Shown one piece after another: positions 10,167 to 18,332 of a stretch of DNA of 64,000 nt. Both the position numbers and the translations under genes were made by a program. The stretch lies in contig JBPOGH010000008.1 in assembly GCA_051252135.1 (NCBI GenBank), forward strand, positions 96,001 through 160,000, written 5' to 3'. How positions within the stretch are numbered: the first letter of the stretch is position 1; each line of letters starts with the position of its first letter. The notes below the pieces were generated by a model. It was not told where the DNA came from and did not search any database. It worked only from the letters and a program-made list of their open reading frames with translations. Origin of the DNA: Verrucomicrobiaceae bacterium. Lineage in GTDB: Bacteria; Verrucomicrobiota; Verrucomicrobiia; Verrucomicrobiales; Akkermansiaceae.

Positions 10167-11024
10167 CTATTTTTTACGAACGGTCGGTCGGCGGTGAATC
10201 CACCAGGCCAGAAAGGAAACCCCTCCGTAGACAATCAGAAGCACCACCAACCCCACCGGATCATGCGCCGCTTCTACCGCTTCTTCCGTTTCATGATTCG
10301 CAATCCTGCCCAACATGAAAACCCGAAACACGTTACCCACCACCGCCAGCAAAAGTCCACCCGCCAGGAGAACCAATCGCTGCCACCACGCCCCCCGGCA
10401 GATCTCACCCAGAAATAACGCCGCCGCCGCACTGCTTTGAAACGACCGAATCCCGCTACAACCCTCCGCGATATCCAGCGGCACCGACCTCGTGATCAAC
10501 AACTGCCCAACCCGCTCCACCATTTCCCCCGAAAGCAACAACAGAGAGTGGCCCGCTTGAGTCACCATTTCCGTCAGCCCGTCCACCAATGGATTCTCAA
10601 TCATACTCGGAAGAGGAACCGCCGTCAGACAAAGCAAGGTCGCGGGAAGACAAGCCACACTCATCCTCCGCCCTCCATCCACCACCAGCAACAGATGAAA
10701 AAGAAACAGTGAACTCACTGCATGAACCCAAAGCGGAAGCCGCCACAAGGGATCCATCGTCTCACTCAACCGCAATGGAATCAGCAGAAATAAAAAAGCC
10801 AGCCCGGCAGCGATCCACACCTTTCCCGGCAGCTCGCTCTCCCCCTTCCATTCCAATCTTCGCTGCCAGAAAACAAAGGCGCATCCCGGAATCACCAACC
10901 ACCCGAAATCATAGTATCCCGCTCGATCCCAACTTGGCGAAAGGACCCAAAATAACTGCCCCGCCGTCGCCACCATCGCCAGCATCACCAGGACGCGCGC
11001 AATAGAGGAAGTTTGACCTAACAT
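10167..11024 (-). CDS. Exosortase (exosortase/archaeosortase family)
   Basis: Polytopic membrane protein; IAEGCSGIRS (catalytic Cys), GNVFRV (Arg), AHDPVG (His). Confidence 0.93.
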   Translation of the reverse strand: MLGQTSSIARVLVMLAMVATAGQLFWVLSPSWDRAGYYDFGWLVIPGCAFVFWQRRLEWKGESELPGKVWIAAGLAFLFLLIPLRLSETMDPLWRLPLWVHAVSSLFLFHLLLVVDGGRRMSVACLPATLLCLTAVPLPSMIENPLVDGLTEMVTQAGHSLLLLSGEMVERVGQLLITRSVPLDIAEGCSGIRSFQSSAAAALFLGEICRGAWWQRLVLLAGGLLLAVVGNVFRVFMLGRIANHETEEAVEAAHDPVGLVVLLIVYGGVSFLAWWIHRRPTVRKK

Positions 11025-11090
11025 TGAATTTCTCCTTCAAGCTCTAATCTGTTTTGGCTCAATAGAGAAGCCCATAAGATGAACCCGCTT

Positions 11091-12770
11091 CTACTCCGGC
11101 AGCCCCGCCCACTCCTTCCGCAGAAACTCTAACAGATACCTGGGAATCTTCGCCGTCTCCATCGATTGCGTCACCTTCTTCGCCTCCTCCACCCTGCCAT
11201 TGGCAAAAAACACCGTTGCCAAAATTGCCCGATCCTGGGCCACCATCTTCTCCGGATCTGCATTCTTCAAATACGATAAGGCCTTTGCCGGATTGCTCGA
11301 TAGGTGTGTCAGCGACAAGGCCGCAGCCAGCGATGGATCCGGGGTTTCCCGGTGAAGCGGAATCAAAAGACGCCGTGCCCTCGACAAATCCCGCCCCGTG
11401 ATCGCCAGCATCATTCCATAACGAAACTTCGCAAATCGATCCTCGGGCTGGCCCGCGGAATAGCGCTCGTAAAAATCACAGATCGCTTCCGCATCGTAAT
11501 CCAAATATCCCTCCACAAAGACCAACTCGTTCGCCGCCGGAAGCTTGGCCGGTATCAATTCCGTGATCGCCTCCACCAATTTGCGCGCACTCTCCCCATC
11601 CCTCAAATGTTCCGCCACCCGCAGGCAATCGGCCAAGGCCTCATAATCTCCCTTCAACCCCGCCGCCTCAATCGCCCGTGACCGATGAAACATACTCTGG
11701 GTTTTGTTCCCGAGCCGATACTCCAGACAGGCTCGCGTCACCTCCACCAAATGCCGCTCCATCCTCGGATGCGGATTCCCAAGCTCCTCCAACGCCTCCG
11801 CAAATTGCTCCGCATCCATCAACGCCTGCAACCGGGCCACGTATGTGATGAGCTCTTCCGTCGTGAGAGCCATAAGCTCTCCCCTCTCCCCGTTCAACAA
11901 AAGCCAGCGTGCCAGGTTCTCCGAATCCACCCTCTGATAGCGGGCCACCACTTCCTGAACCAAAGCCGCGCGCGTTGCCGCATCACTCCGCTTCATCTCC
12001 AGACTGTAGGCGAGAAGCCGATCACTGCTCGTCCCTAACTCCTCCTTGTCCAACCAGGCTCCCAATGCCCTTCCATCAAAAAGCTCCTCTGCATTCTCCA
12101 ATGCCCCGATCGACCGAAACGCGCGCAACGCCTCTTCCGGCTCGGCGTTTTCCAGATCGGTCTCGATCAACAGCGCCGCCAGCTTCCTCGCCGGTTCGTT
12201 GTCCGGAAGCTCTCCTAAAAGTTGACGCACAAAATGCCACTCCGTGTCCCCCACCTCCTCATCAAACCATTGTTGGGTGGAAAGGAAGGCCTCGGCCGGC
12301 TTCCCTTCCAGATAAAGAAGTCGCGACCTCATAAACCCCACCTCATCCGTCTCCCCCAGTTCATCCGGAAGGGCCTCCTCAATCTTCCGGAATAGATTCA
12401 ACTGACCGAGCGCCAGCGCTCCCTCCATCATGTTCAAATACGACTCGTTCTCCGATGGCGGGCACGCCAGCAATCGCTCCGCGATTTGAATGTGACTCGG
12501 CGAGCGAAGCCTTCGTGACAAATCAAGCAGCTCCAACAACTCACCCTCCGAGTAATCCGATAGCTGCCACGCCAACATCAGCTGATTGTGCGCCCCAAGA
12601 TAATCCCCTTTTTCCAGATGACTCGCACCCTCCGCCACCGCCGCCTCAAATCTCCAGTTCCAGACAAACCGCTTCAGCGGTCCGCTAAAAATCAATGCCA
12701 GCACCCCGATCGTCAGAAACGCCGCCCCCGCCACACGAATTCTGCTTCGTCTCGTTGCCTTCTTTGCCAT
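11091..12770 (-). CDS. Membrane-anchored TPR-like helical protein B (paralog of 14888-16603)
   Basis: Basic N-tail plus one TM, then all-helical repeats; shares RWLL.NG, Y.AR.Q.L.D, LxNPH, CxFYER, TGRD..RARRLL with the paralog. Confidence 0.7.
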   Translation of the reverse strand: MAKKATRRSRIRVAGAAFLTIGVLALIFSGPLKRFVWNWRFEAAVAEGASHLEKGDYLGAHNQLMLAWQLSDYSEGELLELLDLSRRLRSPSHIQIAERLLACPPSENESYLNMMEGALALGQLNLFRKIEEALPDELGETDEVGFMRSRLLYLEGKPAEAFLSTQQWFDEEVGDTEWHFVRQLLGELPDNEPARKLAALLIETDLENAEPEEALRAFRSIGALENAEELFDGRALGAWLDKEELGTSSDRLLAYSLEMKRSDAATRAALVQEVVARYQRVDSENLARWLLLNGERGELMALTTEELITYVARLQALMDAEQFAEALEELGNPHPRMERHLVEVTRACLEYRLGNKTQSMFHRSRAIEAAGLKGDYEALADCLRVAEHLRDGESARKLVEAITELIPAKLPAANELVFVEGYLDYDAEAICDFYERYSAGQPEDRFAKFRYGMMLAITGRDLSRARRLLIPLHRETPDPSLAAALSLTHLSSNPAKALSYLKNADPEKMVAQDRAILATVFFANGRVEEAKKVTQSMETAKIPRYLLEFLRKEWAGLPE

Positions 12771-12858
12771 TTCGTATCCCTCGGATTACGCCACTGTCGC
12801 ACATCCTCACCGCCACCACCATTCGGAATTCCTGATATTCAAGAACATCCCCGCATCA

Positions 12859-13674
12859 TCACCGGCGCCTTCTCTTCCAACCCCACGGCAACAGCATCGC
12901 CATCAGGGGCAAACAAGCGCCCAACTCGGGCACCGCCAAGGAATTCTTGGTCAGGGAGATCGAAGACTCTCCATAGGACAACTCGTAACCCGCCGGCATG
13001 CCATACACTTCATAAAATCGCCCCCGTCCTTCACCCGGCTTCACCGTCACAAATGTATAGGACTCCTCCGTGAGCTCGCTGAGAACATTAAAAGTAATAA
13101 TACTTCCGTTGATCGCCATCGCACCGGCCGTGGTCACAAGGTCGGTCCCCTGTTCTCCACCGAGATCGATGTACCAATTGTGATCCATGAGTTCCATATC
13201 TCCGTCCGAAGAAATCACTCCCAAGGTCCCGTTCCCACCCGGACTCACTGTTCCGGACTTACCGCTTCCCTCCCATCTCCCGTCATCGGGCCACCACGGA
13301 GAGTTTCCCTGCGCATCATCCCCCGTCCGCCCAGCCTCCCGACTTCCTGCCTCCTGGGCGAAATAAGCTTCCGCTTGATCGACCGCCGCAGCCATCAGAA
13401 GACCACGCTCAGCGTTCGTCAGTTTCAAAGTCCTCCCATACTTGTAGGCATCCTCCGCAATGTGATCGACAAGATCCCCGGCGCGTGTGTTCCCGCCCTT
13501 TCGAACCTCCTTTAATAGCCTCTCATTGAGCGACTCCGAGGCCGTCTGAAAGAGCGCAGAAGGGGGTCCCTGCTCCTCATTAAGAAGAGCCGTTCCTCCA
13601 CCGCCCTTCTGGGCAGCAGCTGGCTGGCAGGCCAAAAGGCCCAATATGAATATTCCTAGTCTGTGGGGGGTCAT
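12859..13674 (-). CDS. Secreted protein with variant PEP-CTERM tail (VPELG...PW...RRRR)
   Basis: Signal peptide ending AAA-QKGGGG; C-terminus AVPELGACLPLMAMLLPWGWKRRRR. Confidence 0.85.
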   Translation of the reverse strand: MTPHRLGIFILGLLACQPAAAQKGGGGTALLNEEQGPPSALFQTASESLNERLLKEVRKGGNTRAGDLVDHIAEDAYKYGRTLKLTNAERGLLMAAAVDQAEAYFAQEAGSREAGRTGDDAQGNSPWWPDDGRWEGSGKSGTVSPGGNGTLGVISSDGDMELMDHNWYIDLGGEQGTDLVTTAGAMAINGSIITFNVLSELTEESYTFVTVKPGEGRGRFYEVYGMPAGYELSYGESSISLTKNSLAVPELGACLPLMAMLLPWGWKRRRR

Positions 13675-13822
13675 CTTTCGTAAGGGGGTGAAGTCCTGTA
13701 GAAAAATGCTCTCGTTCCGGCCTGAAATACATCAGGTCCTCAACGGGCAGTGCTTAAATATTCAACAACCATTGATTAGATGCAAGTATTTTTTATTAAA
13801 CCCCTATAACTTCCCGCGATTC

Positions 13823-13859
13823 TCCGGTTGGTTTTATAAAACTTACAAAATCAACCGGA
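13823..13859. other. Imperfect inverted repeat between the two VPELG paralogs
   Basis: TCCGGTTGgTTTTaTAA-aac-TTAcAAAAtCAACCGGA; 17-nt arms with two mismatches. Confidence 0.5.
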
Positions 13860-13920
13860 AGCGCTCCCATTGATTAAAAATTCCAATTCTACAATTGCCC
13901 CCCGTCCCCGCAAAAATCTG

Positions 13921-14799
13921 CTATGTTTGACGTCGCCGACCAATAAACCACGGCCCCATCATGGCCATCAGCGGTAAAACCGTCCCCAGTTCTGGCACAG
14001 CAAGCGACGAGGATTTGGCCAGCGAGATCGAGGACTCCCCATACACCAGCTCATATCCGCTGGGCATCCCGTTCACCACGCAGAATCGACCGCGTCCATA
14101 CCCCGGATACACCGTCACAAATGTGTAGGAGTCGGCGGTCAACGTACCCATGACATTCAGATTCAGAATACTGTCATTAATCGCCATCGCCCCCGCCGCA
14201 TACACCAAATCCACCCCACTGCTGGGAGTGACATCAATGTACCACGTGTGATTGGGAACCTCCAAATCCCCATCCGTCCCATGGGTTCCAATCAAAGTCT
14301 GCCCCCCTGGGCTGACCGTCCCGCTCGTCCCGTCACAGGCAAAATTTGTCGACTGCGGCCACCACGGGGAAGTATTGCCCACATCTCCGGTCCGTCCATC
14401 TCCCCGGTCGTCACCCGTTCCATCGCTCTCGCCTGAGATCGTGTTTGCCATATCCACACTGGCCGCCACCAATTCTGCCACTTCCACATCGGTAAAACTT
14501 TGGGAAACCGTCTCGGTCCTCACCGTCTCCGCCACATTATCGACGATATCTCCTTCTTTGACATTCGAATCAAAACTCGTCGCGGAACGCTCACTGTTCA
14601 CCTTCGAGCGGAGACTGGAAACATAATTCTGATAGGCAGCGCTGCGACTTCGGTCATCAACCCTCGCGGCATCACTCACCGTTCCAGAGCCAACCACCCC
14701 ATCAGTGCCACTCGAGCCACCTTCTTTTTGCGCCGAAGCAATCCCGCTTGCTGCGATGAGTGAACACAAGTATCTGGCAAAAAGGCGATATCTGATCAT
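13921..14799 (-). CDS. Secreted protein with variant PEP-CTERM tail (paralog of 12859-13674)
   Basis: ASA-QKEGG; shares GRTGD..GN.SPWWP, WYID, GAMAIN, SYTFVTV, GMP.GYEL.YGESSISL; tail AVPELGTVLPLMAMMGPWFIGRRRQT. Confidence 0.85.
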   Translation of the reverse strand: MIRYRLFARYLCSLIAASGIASAQKEGGSSGTDGVVGSGTVSDAARVDDRSRSAAYQNYVSSLRSKVNSERSATSFDSNVKEGDIVDNVAETVRTETVSQSFTDVEVAELVAASVDMANTISGESDGTGDDRGDGRTGDVGNTSPWWPQSTNFACDGTSGTVSPGGQTLIGTHGTDGDLEVPNHTWYIDVTPSSGVDLVYAAGAMAINDSILNLNVMGTLTADSYTFVTVYPGYGRGRFCVVNGMPSGYELVYGESSISLAKSSSLAVPELGTVLPLMAMMGPWFIGRRRQT

Positions 14800-14887
14800 G
14801 GGGGGAGGGGGTACGTATCCGAAGCCCGGACACTCCGATAATTGTTATTCACAATCGGCTCCCTTGCCAAGGATTAATTAAGAGATC

Positions 14888-16603
14888 TTAATCTTTCAAT
14901 CCCCTGCTTTTAAGCTCTGCCCACAAGCCTCCCAGATAACTCCCAAGCAAAGGACTCACCTCCTCCATTCTCACCGTATCCAAGAGCAACAACGCCTCCT
15001 CACGCTCTCCATTGAGATGAAGAATTGTTGCCAATATGGCCTTCGCTGGAGGCTTCAAATTCCTCGGATCCACCTGAGCCACTTCTTCTTTCGCCCCCTC
15101 GGGATCCTCCGGTAAGTAGGTTAGGCCCAAGGCACAAGCCAGGGAATCCGTCGGACTCGCATTAAAAACCGGACGCAGCAATCTGCGTGCCCGCTGCGCA
15201 TCCCGACCCGTCACCGTCAACAGCAAGGCATACTTCCTCCTGATGAACACATCCTCCGGTATCGCCGCGTGGCACCTCTCGTAAAAACCACACAAGGACT
15301 TCAAATCGTCCTTCAAATAACCATCAATAAAACCCAACTGGCTCGCCGGTGGCAGCTTGAGAGGATTGAGCTGAATCAGGGACTCGATAATCTTACGCTC
15401 CGACTCCCGATCGCCAAATCGATTGGCAACCACCAGAATCGATCGAAAGGCCTCAAAGGAATCCTCATAAGCCGCCGCCTTGATTGCCCGATTCCTAAAA
15501 TGAAGATTGGTGGTCGGCTCACCCAACCCAAAGGCCACCCCGGATCGCAGGGCCTCAATCAAATGGGTTGCCACTTTGAAATGGGGATTCTCAAGTTGCT
15601 CCCGCGCCTCCTCAAACTTCCCTCCATCAATCAGCACCTGAATCCTTGCCAAATAAACCGTCTCGGACTCCTCCTCTCCTGTCTCCGGCCCGGCAGGATG
15701 AATCTCTCCGCCCAACCCGTTCTCAAGAAGCCATCGCGAAAAGGCATCCGGTGATGCGCTCCCAAATTCGGACCGAACCTCGGCCAGAATACGACCCCTC
15801 TCCGCTTCGGACGCCCCCCGCACTCGAAGCGAATGGGCAAAAAGGATCTCTTCCTCGCCCCCCAATTGCCCCTCTTTCAACCGGAGCAGCAGCTCATCGC
15901 CATCAAACCACCGTTCCGCTCCCGGAAACCCCCGAATCTCCCGGTATGCCGTCAACGCCACCTCCCGGTCTTCGGATGCCAGATCCACCTTGATCAATTC
16001 GGCGGCCTCCCGAAAGGCTTCGGCATTTCCCCCGCCCACCAACAACATCTGTCTCACCAATGATCGGGTCTCCGGAGTCGGCGCTTCTGCCAAACACTCC
16101 CTCGCCGCAACAAGCGCTTGTTCCTTCCTTCCGGTCAAAAAAAGAAACCGGCTCCTCAATGCCCTGATCTCCATCTCTCCCTGTAACAAGACTGGAATTG
16201 CGGACTCCACTTCTTCAAAAAGATCATGTTCATTGAAAATCAGACAGCCCTCCAAAATTGACCGGTAATCTTCCTTGGTCCCTTCACCACCCGATACCAT
16301 CCGCCGGGCGATATCGGAAAATCTCCCCGAACCGGTCATCCTCGAAAGAACAAGCATCTCCCGCAGTTCCCTCAGGGAACGATCCGAGACCTGCCAGGCA
16401 AGATCCAACCGCTCTCTTGCACCCGGAATCTGACCGGCACTCACCTTCTCCGTCGCCTGCTCCATCGCTGTCTTGTAGCGCAGGCGCCAGACCCAGTCCT
16501 TCGCCGGAATGGCAACCGGAATTAGGATTCCCAGCAAGATCGCCACGATCCACCAGCGCCTCCTCGAGGTTTCTGCCTGTGATGATCGGTTTCGGGTAGG
16601 CAT
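14888..16603 (-). CDS. Membrane-anchored TPR-like helical protein A
   Basis: RRRWW plus TM anchor, helical repeats, collinear similarity to 11091-12770. Confidence 0.7.
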   Translation of the reverse strand: MPTRNRSSQAETSRRRWWIVAILLGILIPVAIPAKDWVWRLRYKTAMEQATEKVSAGQIPGARERLDLAWQVSDRSLRELREMLVLSRMTGSGRFSDIARRMVSGGEGTKEDYRSILEGCLIFNEHDLFEEVESAIPVLLQGEMEIRALRSRFLFLTGRKEQALVAARECLAEAPTPETRSLVRQMLLVGGGNAEAFREAAELIKVDLASEDREVALTAYREIRGFPGAERWFDGDELLLRLKEGQLGGEEEILFAHSLRVRGASEAERGRILAEVRSEFGSASPDAFSRWLLENGLGGEIHPAGPETGEEESETVYLARIQVLIDGGKFEEAREQLENPHFKVATHLIEALRSGVAFGLGEPTTNLHFRNRAIKAAAYEDSFEAFRSILVVANRFGDRESERKIIESLIQLNPLKLPPASQLGFIDGYLKDDLKSLCGFYERCHAAIPEDVFIRRKYALLLTVTGRDAQRARRLLRPVFNASPTDSLACALGLTYLPEDPEGAKEEVAQVDPRNLKPPAKAILATILHLNGEREEALLLLDTVRMEEVSPLLGSYLGGLWAELKSRGLKD

Positions 16604-16629
16604 AAAAAAGACTGCGCGAACGGCAGTCT
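16604..16629 (-). terminator. Intrinsic terminator-like hairpin abutting the TPR-A start codon
   Basis: Minus strand AGACTGC-cgttcgc-GCAGTCT-TTTTT-ATG. Confidence 0.55.
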
Positions 16630-16664
16630 GACAAAATTATCCCCCTGGGGCAACACACCGGTCT

Positions 16665-17180
16665 TCAGCGATTCCTGCGGCGGCGCGACCAGAACCAAGG
16701 CGCAAATACTCCCAACATGGGCAGAACGCTACTCACTTCGGGAACTGACATATTCTGAACCCGCACCTGGTTTTCCACATAGACCACACTATACCCCACC
16801 GGAAGACCTGTCACCGAGGCAAACTGCCCCATCGGGCCTCCGCCTGCCGAATCAAAACCGTTACTGCCTCCGGTTACCCCATAAGCAATCGTATAACTCG
16901 ATAACAGTGGGGTGCTTTCGATATTCAAGGTCAGCGTGCTCCCCGTCAGAGTCATCGTCTGATTCTGATGATAGTCACTTCCGGACGCACCCAGATCAAT
17001 CAGCCACGTCAAATTTCCTGGGGTGTTGCCATCACTGATCTGGTTGGCGATCACATTGATCCCTCCCGGATCAATATCATAGGACCCACCTCCACCTAAG
17101 CCGCCTCCGCCTTTTTGGGCAAATCCCTGACACATCGATAGAGCCAGAAGGAGGGTCGTAGCGTAGAGCCTGGTGATCAT
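16665..17180 (-). CDS. Small secreted protein with variant PEP-CTERM tail (VPEVSS...PW...RRRR)
   Basis: GFA-QKGGGG; WLIDLG..GSD, SYTI, F..V.GLP.GY...Y shared with the VPELG pair; tail VPEVSSVLPMLGVFAPWFWSRRRRNR. Confidence 0.85.
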   Translation of the reverse strand: MITRLYATTLLLALSMCQGFAQKGGGGLGGGGSYDIDPGGINVIANQISDGNTPGNLTWLIDLGASGSDYHQNQTMTLTGSTLTLNIESTPLLSSYTIAYGVTGGSNGFDSAGGGPMGQFASVTGLPVGYSVVYVENQVRVQNMSVPEVSSVLPMLGVFAPWFWSRRRRNR

Positions 17181-17209
17181 GATTGCCTTAGGTAAGTAAG
17201 TTCAGCAAA

Positions 17210-17235
17210 ACTTTATTAAGATATCTTAATAAAGT
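17210..17235. promoter_or_regulatory. Perfect 26-bp AT-rich palindrome (operator or weak terminator)
   Basis: ACTTTATTAAGAT|ATCTTAATAAAGT, about 30 nt upstream of ATG 17180. Confidence 0.5.
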
Positions 17236-17247
17236 CCAGCTCTCTTT

Positions 17248-17883
17248 TTACGAGCGCTTGCGCCGTAAAATGGTAACCGAGCCGAGTGCCATAAGAAGGA
17301 GACTCGATGGCTCGGGCACGGACGCGGCCTCCCAAGCATCAACCGCCTGTCCAAGCGTGATCGCAGTCGAGGTCGAGGTCGAAGTCGGGTCATAGACAAA
17401 AGCCTTCATGATCGGCTCATGCAGATCCGGATCTCCACCGGCGCGAAGCCCGAATCCCAACCAGCCATAGTGATCCTCGGTATCTTTAAACGCCACCCAG
17501 TTGTCCGTCCCAAAAACGTAGCCGTTCACCGCAATCGTATCCCCAAGGGGTGAATACCATGCAGTCAGATAGTCATCATCCGTCGGAAACGCCACATTGT
17601 CCCCGGATTGAAACCCCTCACCGGAATTCTCAAAGTTGAACCCGCCCGTCGACGTATCCCCGAAAAAGGTCGCTCCGGATGCCCCCGTCGTGCTGAGACC
17701 CGCAAAATCAGGGTCCAAATCATCAATTTTGAAATCCGTATTCCCGTCTCCACCAATATCCAGACTAAGCCCCGGGGTGGTATCAAAGGCGGTGAGGTCG
17801 TCGACCGTGATTTGCGCTTGCACAAACCCGGTCGCAAATAGCGACACTGGCACTAGAAGAATCCGGGGGGATACACTTTTCAT
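17248..17883 (-). CDS. PEP-CTERM protein (paralog of 27391-28035)
   Basis: Signal peptide; canonical tail VPEPSSLLLMALGSVTILRRKRS. Confidence 0.92.
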   Translation of the reverse strand: MKSVSPRILLVPVSLFATGFVQAQITVDDLTAFDTTPGLSLDIGGDGNTDFKIDDLDPDFAGLSTTGASGATFFGDTSTGGFNFENSGEGFQSGDNVAFPTDDDYLTAWYSPLGDTIAVNGYVFGTDNWVAFKDTEDHYGWLGFGLRAGGDPDLHEPIMKAFVYDPTSTSTSTAITLGQAVDAWEAASVPEPSSLLLMALGSVTILRRKRS

Positions 17884-18332
17884 ACTAAAACTCGGTAAGG
17901 GTGGGTTGGGGGAAAGGGGGATGAAGCACTGCTGTGAACAACTTCGGAGGAGATGATAACAAGTTTTACGAAATAGTCACGAAATATTAAATACTTTTTG
18001 CAGGATGTTTAAAACCCCTCTCTTCTCCGTTCATCCGGCCTTCCTCTTCCCTGTTCCACTCATCTCTGCTCACGCCCCAAAGGTCCCGCTCTGACCAATA
18101 AGGCGAAACTTCTTTACTCTGATCCTTTGTATCTCATCCTGATAGGAGTCCTTTCGTCTTTCCGGCCCTCTTTTTTCCCCACGTGCCGTCCACGATTCTA
18201 CTTAGGTCCTGACTGGTGATAAACATCCAGCCCGCGATGCCTTTTCAAAATCGGCTCCGCACCTGAAAGGGGAATTTCTTTGTCTCGACGTGGTGTCCAA
18301 GCAACGGGCCTCCCCCTTGCTCCACCTGTCGC

